A stretch of DNA of 64,000 nucleotides from Haliotis rubra (Eukaryota), in assembly GCF_003918875.1 (NCBI RefSeq), contig NW_025767123.1, positions 868,001-932,000 of the forward strand. The letters run 5' to 3'. A program made the translations under genes and the position numbers. Shown here in pieces: positions 50,865 to 62,253 of this stretch (positions within the stretch are counted from its first letter, which is position 1; each line of letters starts with the position of its first letter). Below the pieces are notes generated by a model. The model was not told where the DNA came from. It ran no database searches and saw only the letters and a program-made list of their open reading frames with translations.

Positions 50865-51420
50865 GCCTCTACAAGAACAGTACTCTACAAGTTCCCACCC
50901 TTATCTAATGGTACTCTACAAGTTCCCACCCTTATCTAACGGTACTCTACCAGTTCCCACCTTCATCTAACAGTACTCTACAAGTTCCCACCCTTATCTA
51001 ACGGTAATCTACCAGTTCCCACCAGTATCTAACTGTACTCTACAAGTTCCCACCCTTATGTAATGGTACTCTACAAGTTCCCACCCTTATCTAACGGTAA
51101 TCTACAAGTTCCCACCCGTATCTAACGGTACTCTACCAGTTCCCACCAGTATCTAATGGTACTCTACAAGTTCCCACCCCTATCTATCGGTACTCTACAA
51201 GTTCCCACCCGTATCTAACGGTACTCTACCAGTTCCCACCCGTATCTAACTGTACTCTACAAGTTCTCACCCTTATGTAATGGTACTATACAAGTTCCCA
51301 CAAGTTCCCCCGTATCTAACGGTACTCTACAAGTTCCCACCCTTATCTAACGGTACTCTACAAGTTTCCACCTTTATCTAAGGGAATTCTGCAGATTCCC
51401 ACTCTTATCTAACAGTACCT
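50865..51420. repeat. 31-bp minisatellite upstream of B2
   Basis: Longer, more homogeneous array of the same unit. Short remnants at ~19890-19965 and ~62270-62335 upstream of the C genes. Confidence 0.9.
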
Positions 51421-51925
51421 GCCACTTTGTTATGCGCATCAGTTAACACAAGTTACCTTTCACATTCATATGTTTTGTTTATTTTACGGGGTGTATATAG
51501 TATTCTATCAACTTGTCTGCTATCGGACGTAAAGAGGGACTGGTGACCATCGATCCATGTTAATATCAATATTGGTATTTACTGGGGTTTTAATGTAGTG
51601 AATTATTGATTTTCCCCTCTTTTTATTCATTTATGGAGCTGGAACAAGACGCTGATGACTTCTCGTCAACTAATGTAATCTGTACTGAACAATCTCGCAA
51701 TTTCCACCTCTGGAAACGAGCGAAATATGCCTAAAGTGCGAGAATGCGTGATCGCAAGAAACACCACACAATCGTTTAGTTTATATCTTGACCAACAACA
51801 AAAAAGTTGATAAAGAGATAGTTTTACTAACGACGTTGTAAACATGTACAAAAGTACCATGAATTAACATGTACTTGCTACAATGACGCATTGGTAATTT
51901 GCTGTAACACTCCTGGTTCCATGCA

Positions 51926-52164
51926 CTCGTGAAGGTCCGGGATAGAATTGATCTTCAGTAACCTATGCTTGTCATAAGAGGCGACTAACGGGATCGGGTG
52001 GTCAGGCTCGCTAGCTTGCTAGACACATGTCATCGGTTCCCAATTATGCAGATCGATGCACAAGCTGTTGATCATATGACTGTCTGATCCAGACTCGATT
52101 ATTTACAGATCGCCGCTATGTAGCTGGAGTATTGCTGAGTGCGGCGTAAAACTGAAGTCACTCA
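51926..52164 (+). mobile_element. SINE family 2 with 16-bp TSD, private to block 2
   Basis: TSD CTCCTGGTT(C/A)CATGCA. Empty site at ~10537-10552. Confidence 0.85.
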
Positions 52165-52189
52165 CTCCTGGTTACATGCAGTTGCTTAA

Positions 52190-53099
52190 GAAATACAGTT
52201 CGCTCTACCACCATGTATAGTGTAATAAAGCACACTTTCGCCCTGAACTATTATAGTTAAAGTACGAGGACGCTTGTGTCCGAGTGCTTTAACGTTATAA
52301 TAGTTCAGGTCGAAAGTGTGCTTTATTACACTATACATGGTGGTAGAGCGATCTGTATTTCTTTTCTTAGATGCCAAATTTAATACTTTCTAAGGATAAT
52401 TACGATTAATTTAAGGCAGAAAACAAACGACGGTGTCAGTGACCTACATTAAGAATCCTTGCACAGGGCTAACTGGCGCGCTGTTCTATTGGTGTGTCTG
52501 CCCCCCATACGTTAAGACGAACGTTACCAGAAAAAAATTATAACAGTTTGATGCCGGTTTACGTTCGGATTAAATATCTTCTCTGAATTATTATTATTAC
52601 ATCTGTCATTAACGTAAACCATATGGGACAATATGAACGTCGCATTTCTACTACCAACGTAAGTTTAGATCAGTACATCCAGATGAAGCTTAGTAGTCAA
52701 GCGACATTCCACGGTTGCATTGTGGGAATGTAAACATTGCGAACCGTACCGTGTCGCTGCAAACTTGTGAATCGAAATGACACATTTTCACCGTCGTAAA
52801 AGATAAACGTAATGTTTCCACCAGTGATGTTAGCCGCGTGAAGCAACTGCAAACCAAGAAACGGGATGCAACGGAGTAGTTTACTGTAGGAGGCCGTACG
52901 AGGCGATGACAACTGACATGCATCGTGACGTCGCTTACATTGTGACGTCATGTAAAATGGTTCGATTACGAGGGGGCACACTAGAATGGCGCAATAACGG
53001 GATAACGTCATTCAATTGTTACGTCATCAAAAACCTATCCCTTTATTGTCTGATAATGTATTTTTTTTTCGATTGTTCTAACCGCTAGGCATCTTAGAA
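52190..53099. mobile_element. TTAA-flanked insertion with a ~175-bp terminal hairpin
   Basis: Absent from block 1 (site ~10557-10565). TTAA at 52186-89 and 53100-03. ~77-bp inverted arms at 52188-52264 and 52283-52363. Confidence 0.75.
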
Positions 53100-53182
53100 T
53101 TAAGCATACGGGAGAGTTGATACATAATGCAGCGACCAATCGAAAATAATATACTTGTAAGAGATTATACTAAAAAAAAACC

Positions 53183-53342
53183 GGGACAGTATAGTGGTTA
53201 AAGAGTTCGCTTGTCACGCCGAAGACCCGGGTTCGATTCCCCCTATGGGTACAATGTGTGAAGCCAGTTTCTGGTGTGCCCGGCGTGATATTGCTGGAAT
53301 ATTGCTACAAGCGGCGTCAAACTAAAATCACTCACTCACTCA
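53183..53342 (+). mobile_element. tRNA-derived SINE (family 1), block 2 copy
   Basis: Homologous to 10637-10796. Confidence 0.8.
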
Positions 53343-54554
53343 ACAGTTATTTTGTCATATGGCGGCGGTCTTTAAACAACGACGTCTTGACCAGACAACA
53401 ACGTTCTCGATGACAAAGTCAGGCCAAGTATCCATATAACTAAACACTGAGTGAGAATGAACGAGATGAGAAATGTACCCATGACCTGTGATCGTATCTA
53501 GTCACTAATATGCAGTATGTCTTGTCTCAATCATAGCTGTGTCTATAATGAATCAGAACACAGATTTCATTAGGATGTCTTCAGCAACCCATGCTTGTCG
53601 TAAGAGGCGACGAACGGGATCAGGTGGTCAGGCTCGCTTGGTTGACTCACTGCAAGTCATCGTATCCCAAATAGGTAGATCAATGCTCGTGCTGTTGATC
53701 GCTGGAATCCCCGGTCCAGACTCGATTATTTACAGACCGCTGCCATAGCTGAGTGCGGCGTTAAACAACAACCAAATCAAAACAATGGGATGGCTTTTGA
53801 AACAACAAGGGTACATATTTAATACATTTAAGCGGTTATAGCATATCCATGTCCGAATACATTGAAGACATAGTCAAACAATCAGGGCATCAAGATAATC
53901 TGGTATAATAAACTGGACAATACATGTATTTTGCACATAAAAGTGAACGTTCAATTCTGACAATGTGTAACAGAAAATGTTTTCAAAAGAATCTACTAAA
54001 AGTAAATAAATAAACAAAACCTGGATCTGTGGCTTTTGTGTAATATTACCAAAACTGTGAATGTCACGTCAGGTGAAACCTGAACTTGAAATGGCGCATG
54101 AAATTTCGCTCAGGAATGACAGAATGTTGAACTGAGGAATCTAGGCGTGGTACACAAGTATACTGCCGATGACAGTTTAAATTGAATTACGGAATTACGG
54201 AGTCTCGTGATGAGAAAACCAATTAAATAGGACTAAACATACATCCGAACACTTACGTAGACACGACTTCGAGGGGCACAAGCTCCGAAAGCAACACATA
54301 CCAACTGAAACAAGCCCAAAGACTACAAAACATCCAAGTCATACTGAAGGTGGCTAAAGACGATATTGCAGACATTGTCTTATTATGGGATTTAAGTTTT
54401 AATTTACTTCTTTGCTGTAAATTCCCCTTTCAGAACACATCTTGGTCTGAATGTCCTTCTTGTGAATTTTCTTTTCTGGCACAGTTTATGAACTGTGAAG
54501 TTTATGTAGATGTTCCATGCATTTATAGCATATATCTCGAGAAATTTATGTAAT

Positions 54555-55950
54555 TATGTACCGCGCATGTGTAGCGGATATGTCGTGAAGGTTATGTACA
54601 AGTACCTTGCAAGTATAGCGAATGCGTGGTGAAGGTTATGTGCATGTACCGTGCATAGGTCGTGAAGGTTATAACCAAGTACCGTGCATGTTTAGTGACA
54701 GTGTCGTCAAGGTTATGTGCATGTACCGTGCATGTATAGTGAATGTGTCGTAAAGGTTATGTGCAAGTATCGTGCAGAGGTCGTGAAGGTTATGTGCCAG
54801 TACCATGCATGTATAGTGAATGTGTCGTAAAGGTAATGTGCAAGTACCGTGCAGGTCTTGAAGGTTATGTGCCAGTACCGTGCATGTATAGCGGATGTGT
54901 CGTGAAGGTTATGTGCAAGTATCGTGCCTGTATAGCGGATGTGTCGGAAGGTTATGTGCCAGTACGGTACATGAACACCGAATGTGTCGTAAAAGTAATA
55001 TGCAAGTACCGTGCATAGGTCGTGAAGATTATGTGCAAGTACCGTGCATAGGTCGTGAAGATTATGTGCAAGTACCGTGCAAGTATAGCGAATGTGTGGT
55101 GAAGTTTATGTGCAAGTACCGTGCATGTATAGTGGATGTGTCGTGAAGGTTATGTGCAAGTACCGTGCAGATATAGTGAAGGTTATGCGCAAGTACCGTG
55201 CGTGTATAGTGGATGTGTCGTGAAGGTTATGTGCCAGTACCGTACCTGTATAGTGAATGTGTCGTGAAGGTTATGTGCAAGTACCGTGCAGGTATAGTGA
55301 AGGTTATGTGTAAGTACCGTGCCTGTATAGTGGATGTGTCGTGAAGGTTATGTGCAAGTACCGTGCAGGTATAGTGAAGGTTATGTGCAAGTACCGTGCC
55401 TGTATAGTGAAGGTTATGTGCAAGTACCGTGCAGGTATAGTGGATGTGTCGAGCAGGTTATGTGTAAGTACCGTGCCTGTATAGTGAATGTGTCGTGAAG
55501 GTTATGTGCAAGTACCGTCCAGGTATAGTGAAGGTTATGTGCAAGTACCGTGCCTGTATAGTGGATGTGTAGTGCAGGTTATGTGTAAGTACCGTGCAGG
55601 TATAGTGAATGTGTCGTGAAGGTTATGTGCAAGTACCGTGTACGTATTGTCGATGTGTCGTGCAGGTTATGTGCAAGTACCGTGCATGTATAGCGCATGT
55701 GTGGTCCAGGTTATGTGCAAGTACCGTGCCTGTATAGTGGATGTGTAGTGCAGGTTATGTGTAAGTACCGTGCAGGTATAGTGAATGTGTCGTGAAGGTT
55801 ATGTGCAAGTACCGTGTACGTATTGTCGATGTGTCGTGCAGGTTATGTGCAAGTACCGTGCATGTATAGCGCATGTGTGGTCCAGGTTATGTGCAAGTAC
55901 CCTGCATGTATAGCGCATGTGTCGAGAAGGTTATGTGCAAGTACCGTGCA
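54555..55950. repeat. 44-bp minisatellite, long array downstream of C2
   Basis: 44- and 33-bp units, with a 176-bp higher-order duplication near 55534-55886. Confidence 0.93.
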
Positions 55951-55990
55951 TATTGTTTATGCCTACTGACATTTTTAGGGAGTTTGAGTA

Positions 55991-58900
55991 TTAGGCAGGA
56001 TTTATGAACATATAGATGCTTTTACATTCGTGAACGGTACCATCGTCAAGAACCCAGTAAATGTCACGTTGTTGGTGAGGATTCGTCTGGCAGACATCTA
56101 GCCTGTTCCACCAGGCTCCACGATGCCACTCGGCACAAGGGTTGACTGAGTTGTTGCAGTGATCCTTGGCACAGAAATGACTCCCATTCAGGGTTGTAGC
56201 TGGGTCCCCGAGGTTGAAGCGGTCTCCGAAAACGCCATCCCCGGTGAACCCGGACACCGACAGTCGGTACTCCGAGGCCTCGTCACCCACGGAGAAGGCG
56301 TTGTAAGATACTTGTCCGGGAGTGCTATCAAACTTCTTCAAGGACATGTACAGCGTGTAAGGTCGGACACTGGTCAGAGCATACATCTTCTCCAGACCCA
56401 GCCACATGTAACAGTTGGAGTGGGTGAAACCAAACTTGTAGTCGGCCCAGGGAACGTCGAGGTACGTCACGGGCACCGACTCGCAGCCACTGATGGTTTT
56501 GTCCCTGAACATGATCATGGCGGTGACTCCTTCACATTCCAAGTCAAACGGTTGTGCGGCTTTGGTCGGCCAGACAGTGTAGGTGCCAGGAGAGTTCCCA
56601 ACGTACAGGGACACGTCTTTACAGTCTGAAACAGTGACATGATGACTGTCAAACACAGGTCACTGATGGACAATGATGGACAAGAGCAATGAAGGAATCA
56701 ACCAAGAACGCCAATGAGTTGGACAAACCATCTTTGAACAGTATTCGAATTGGTTAGAAATAGAGACTCTGTTATAACTCAACTGTGATTCTCAATACGA
56801 AATAAGAGAGTCAACTCGTTTTAAACAACATTTCAATTACAGCACTGTCTGTCAGCTTGACCACGTGACACGTTGGTGAAACCCATGAGTTCGGTTGGTG
56901 CCGACTGACCTGGAAGCATGTACAGTGACAACCTGAGGTTCGAACCCACCATCACTGGTGTCCCTCTTCTATATGGCAGTACTGATGGAAGGAGATATTC
57001 TTAAAGGTCACATGCAACCGGAAAACATAATGAAAACACAATTATCACTTATTCATGACATATAATATACATTGCTGATTGTGAAAAAAACCCAAATAAA
57101 CAAAATTATAAGCGTACAATCGCAAATCAAAAGAGTAATATTTTGTACTCGGGTTTACTTCCCTCGAAACGAAGCACCCGGGAGACCGAACCCAGTCAGA
57201 GCGAGTGGGCGTGCACTCAAGTTAAACGAAGTCTCTCATTGGCTGGTTCATTTGTCAATACCCTGAGGGCTCATTGTGTGTGTGTATATAGAGATGATCT
57301 GTTTGATTGGCATTTTAGAAGTATGGTGAGTAATAAGAAAGTAAGAGTGACAACGGTATAAGAATCCATACCGAAACGTCGCATCATATACAATAAAAGA
57401 AGTTGTTATCCATATGGAATGTGTATAGAGATGTTGGGTTTTGTAAATATATGCTCTCTGCATTGGCGTTCGATCCAATCAACAAATACTGAGATGGTGA
57501 ACAACTGCGTGGCTGGAAACTGTAGTTCGTCTAAGCAGGGATAATCTACAACATATAGTCTTCCTGGTCAAAGTACAAAGCAGGACTTGAAACTGACAAT
57601 GGATGCAGTTTGTTTGCAACCCACAGACATAATAACATGTCATGTGTACAAGTATCACACCTGCCTGTCTGTGTAATTACATAATGTGACAGAGACAGAA
57701 CTCAGGTGCAAGAGCCATCAATCAATGTATTTTGTTTATGGTGTATAGTCTGATAGGTGTTACGTTCAAATTGCATGTGGTCAATGATTGAAGTTGCGTA
57801 TTGCATATTGTCATTAGCAGACAGACAGGCAGACACATAGGTGTCAATAAAACAGACATTGAGTTTTTTCTGTGAAAGAGACTGCTTATCACAATCAACA
57901 TATTTTTCTATGTTTCCATAGACATGTATTAAAACATTCCAGTTTCAAGCTGAGCAATTTTTAACAATGAAATTAGTATTTCTAATTCTACACTTTCTTG
58001 AGAACTTATGGGACCAGTGTATTTTTATTACTGCAGACCCAAGATGCTTGTAATCACAAGAAACATCTATTGTTCTCCAATTTCGACCACAGCGATAATC
58101 CTTGCACGCGTCACTTGCTGTGTTTTTACGAGTCGCCTTCCCGGTTCAAGCCGCGCGAACCTAATCACTACGCATGCGCTATGGGCGCAGAACAGCTGTT
58201 GAAACCACTTTTCACCCCAGCGCTGGGGTGAAATTAGTGAATCGTTTGAACTACGATTTCGCGGGGTTTTTTTCATCGCGTTATTTTTCAACTTTATAAG
58301 TTGAATTTGCATTTTTGATAATTTGTTACTGTAAGTCCATACCGAAAGGTATCAGAATCTGCAAAGTTGTGTTTTGCGTTGCATGTGACCTTTAACAGGA
58401 ATTCTTTAGGAATTCGTCTTTTGCTTCCTTTCAGAGATCTTCACGATTGGTGAGTCCGGTTACATATACAAATGAAACTTCTGGGAAATGACCCTTACAA
58501 AACAGGATCACATAAATAGGTCATGATGCCAAAATAGTCCATATCTGTCACTGAAGGTTTACCTTTTATCCTTGTCTCACAGTTCCCTCCTGTGAAGGCA
58601 GATGGACACTGACAGGCAGCACCAAGAAAGCTTCCACCATTCTGGCAGGATGACGAGGTCTAAAACAAAACAGAGGTTGCTTTTCTCACATTTATACAAA
58701 GGAGGGCCACACCAGATGTTTGCACGGTGAAAGACCAAGGTAAGAAACATCACAACTGGCCAGTATCTTCAAAATGCGATTTCAAAAATACTTCTTTCTT
58801 ATCTCAAAGAAGAAATTGTTCTTGTACCTATAATGGTACGTGCAACCTATCCTCAAAGTACTCGTTGTGTCCTGTTTAAGAAAAGTGTCACAAGGCCTGA

Positions 58901-59743
58901 GCATTTACGCAAAAAGAATTCAATCAAGGCAAAAATGGATTTTCAACCTAAGAAGTGTTGGGGTAGCCTTGTGGTAACAGTGCTCACTTGGTATGCCAAA
59001 AGATACGGAATCGACTCCCCTTATGTATATGATGTCTGAAGGCCATTTCTAGTATTCCCCAAAGTCACATTCCTTTATTGCTAAAGGTGGTGTAAAACCA
59101 TACTCACTTGCCCATTTTAACATTATCCAAAATGCAACGACGAAGAATACTACACATTTCAGGATTTACAGGTTTTATATACAGTTGTTGTGTCCAACTT
59201 GTGGGAAGAAGCACATTCCACACGCTCAGTTTGACAGAGTAGAAATCATGATGAGTTATTGATGGTGATTTCGGCACATTCAAGTAGGACACGATTTTCG
59301 ACTGTTCTAATTGTTCAATATCGTCCAGTCACGATATGGCTGAAACCAGTCATTGTATCTTTCATATTTAATTCTTTAATATCTTTAATTGATTTACAAT
59401 TATCTCTGAATATATTCAAATTTGAACTCACCTGACTTGAGGTCGTGAGCTCTAAGAATGCCTTGCAGGTCGGGTAGGGGACGCCGACAGGAACGGAAGG
59501 CTGATCCGATGTCAACATGGAGCATCTGTTGTCGATGTTGCAGTAAATGAAAACGTTGCAGTTGGGGAAGCTGCTGCAAGTAATGGCACATTGAAGAACC
59601 GTCGCCGTCTCTACGTAGTCGAAAACCATTGCTGCGTCAACACCTGTCTGTACCTCCTGGTAAAAACTCGAAACGGTACATTGTGCACAAAGGATTGCAG
59701 TCAATCCTGCAAAACCAGTAAGTAAAAGGTGATACGATTTCAT
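55991..59743 (-). CDS. Secreted PAN/apple-EGF-FReD protein, copy C2 (347 aa, intact)
   Basis: Exons 59743-59432, 58659-58563 (TSSSCQNGGSFLGAACQCPSAFTGGNCETRIK) and 56625-55991. Canonical splice sites. Confidence 0.88.
57005..58391 (+). mobile_element. Non-autonomous Kolobok-like DNA transposon in intron 2 of C2
   Basis: Same TTAA site and TIRs as 14591-16020. Confidence 0.8.
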
Positions 59744-60752
59744 AATTTCTTTCGTGAGATACTTATAGAAGTCTTTCAGTCCGAGCCACTTTCCTTCGAC
59801 TGTCTCAGTGTGATGCGTGACAGAACTTCTAACTCTTGTTCCTCTACGCGGCCTGCGTTACCATGACTACATGATACATCTCACTACATGGCGAGGGTTG
59901 CATCATGGGTATTATTTCTCCTCAGTTGAACGAACAACCCACATAACAAATCGTATTCTACTTAAAATAAGTTAAGGATCAACCAGAACCTCTCCTGTTC
60001 AATAGTTGATCTGGTACGTCACTGACTTCAGTGATATGATGGAACCGGATTGGAAACCTGTTTTGAGCGGTATAGAGTTAATTATGTGGATTTGCGTTAC
60101 ATTGCATATTGACGCATGTTCATTATCTTCCCATTTGCCATTAAATATGTAATACTTTCCGTTCTTACAGAATAATTTTATTGTCCTTTCATGTCATTAA
60201 GAGCTATAACGACTGGTGTTCTAGTTTGATTTGGGTATGCACAACGTGAGATTACCTTTACCGTATTTCCTCAACCAAACTTTGGGATCCAGATTAAACG
60301 CAACGGTAATGTTTCTGCACGGAGTTCCAACAATATTATCTTTGCCATTGAACGCCTACAGTCTCGATTAAGTACTGGGACGAAACTGGATTAAAACATA
60401 ATTTTTGCCCAAAATTCCCAAGATTTTATTATTCTTGCAATGGCTCCTAGAGTTGATCGAGGCAATTCGGTAGCATTCCATTTATCAATGAATATTTGTA
60501 ACCTCAGCTAATGAAACCGTTAGTGTACGTCCTCAAACATACTGAGAGTCCGTGTATGACACAACTACTTCAAGAAAAGATTAAGTAATTGTGACTGAAT
60601 TTGAGGAAGTTTCTCTTTGTTTCAAAATCAACAACGACTGCTTAATGTATGTACATCATAATGAAATTACACCAATACAAAAATCCAGTTTCGGGATAAT
60701 GATGTGTCAATTTGTAACTTCAAACTCTACAACTCAACAAGAACGGTATCTA

Positions 60753-62253
60753 TACTAGGCACATAAAGAAACTGGGCATACAAAAATTTAAAATCTACAG
60801 TTATCAAACCTGTGTAGACACATAAGGATTTAAACTCAGAGATTAGTGACATGTATCCAACATGCATGCACGTGCCACGTTCCGTGACGTCAGTGGGTTC
60901 GTCCTTGAGACGTGCAATACGTTGTTGCACGTGCATTCCTGGAAAGAGAAACAGAGCAAATGAATGCCACACAATACTGTCACTTTGGAAAGCTCAACCC
61001 TTGCCCTTGCGAGCGTTCAAAAAATTAAACGGCTATTGAAACGCATAGCATGCCAAGGCTCACGTCTGCACAACGTCATGAGGCCATTGGGATGGTCCGT
61101 GGGGGGAATGTCTCAACGACAAGTGGCTGCACATTTCCACTGCCACCGGAACATCATTTCTGCACTGGTGAGACGCTACCAGAACACAAATGACGTCATC
61201 GATCGGCCACGTTCTGGACATCCACGTGTAACAACGCCAAGACAGGACAGATGGATAAGGGTGACCCATCTTCGCCACAGGTTTCAGACTGCAGTGATGA
61301 CTGCCCGAACCATCCCAGGACTTCGCCGTATCCACCCCAACACAGTCCGACAACGTTTACGTCATCACGGGATCAGACCACGACGTCCTGCCATACGGCC
61401 TATCCTGACACAACGTCATCGACAAGCTCGCCGAATGTGCTGCCGAAATCATGTCCGCAGACCCTTGTTTTGGTGGAGAAATGTTGTTTTTACAGATGAG
61501 TCCAGGTTTAACATTTCCCATAGTGATGGACGTCAACGTGCCTATAGACGCGTGGGAGAACGTTATGCACAGGCCTGTGTCTTGGAGAGGAATCGCTTTG
61601 GTGGTGGTTCCGTGATGATTTGGGGTGGAATAACAGCACGCCAAAGAACTCCTTTGGTGATTGTTCAGGGCAACTTAACTGGTGTGGGCTACAGGGATCA
61701 GATTCTTCGACCTGTGGCAATTCCTTTTCTGCAACGTCATGGTCCTGGGTTAACATTCCAACAGGACAATGCCCGCCCTCATACGGCAAGGGTTGCTATG
61801 GATTTCTTGCAACACCACAACGTTGACTTACTGCCTTGGCCTGCAAATTCACCGGATCTCTCCCCGATAGAGCATGTTTTGGACGAGATGGATCGACGTC
61901 TACGCCGTCTTCCTCCTCCGCCAGATAACGTCCTTGACCTTGCAACAGAACTTGAGAGAATCTGGCGTGACATCCCACAAGCCTTCCTTGCACGTTTGAT
62001 AGGCTCTATGCGTCGTCGATGCACTGCTGTTCTCAATGCCGATGGTGGACATACCCGTTATTGAGCTTGTGACATGGTCGTTTGACCCCTGTCCCGCTTG
62101 TGGACTCGTGACGTCGTTGTGGATTGATTTTTCAATTGAAATTCTCCCCTGACTTGTTATGGTCTCCATTAAAGTTTATATGTACCTTTGACATTGTTAT
62201 CAACTGGGATAATATTTTGACAGTGCACAGTTTCTTTATGTGGCTAGCTAGTA
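60753..62253 (+). mobile_element. Tc1/mariner DNA transposon (DD34E), duplicated copy
   Basis: Same insertion site and TIRs as 18385-19875. The right TIR has a 4-bp GCTA duplication. Confidence 0.93.
61050..62064 (+). CDS. Tc1-like transposase, second copy (same N-terminal frameshift)
   Basis: Differs from the first copy at three residues in the ORF track (H/N, K/I, W/L). Confidence 0.9.

Noticed and set aside
54555-55950. Metal-response elements in the 44-bp unit
   Set aside because: The consensus unit gives TGCACGG/TGCACAT, which fail the TGCRCNC core.
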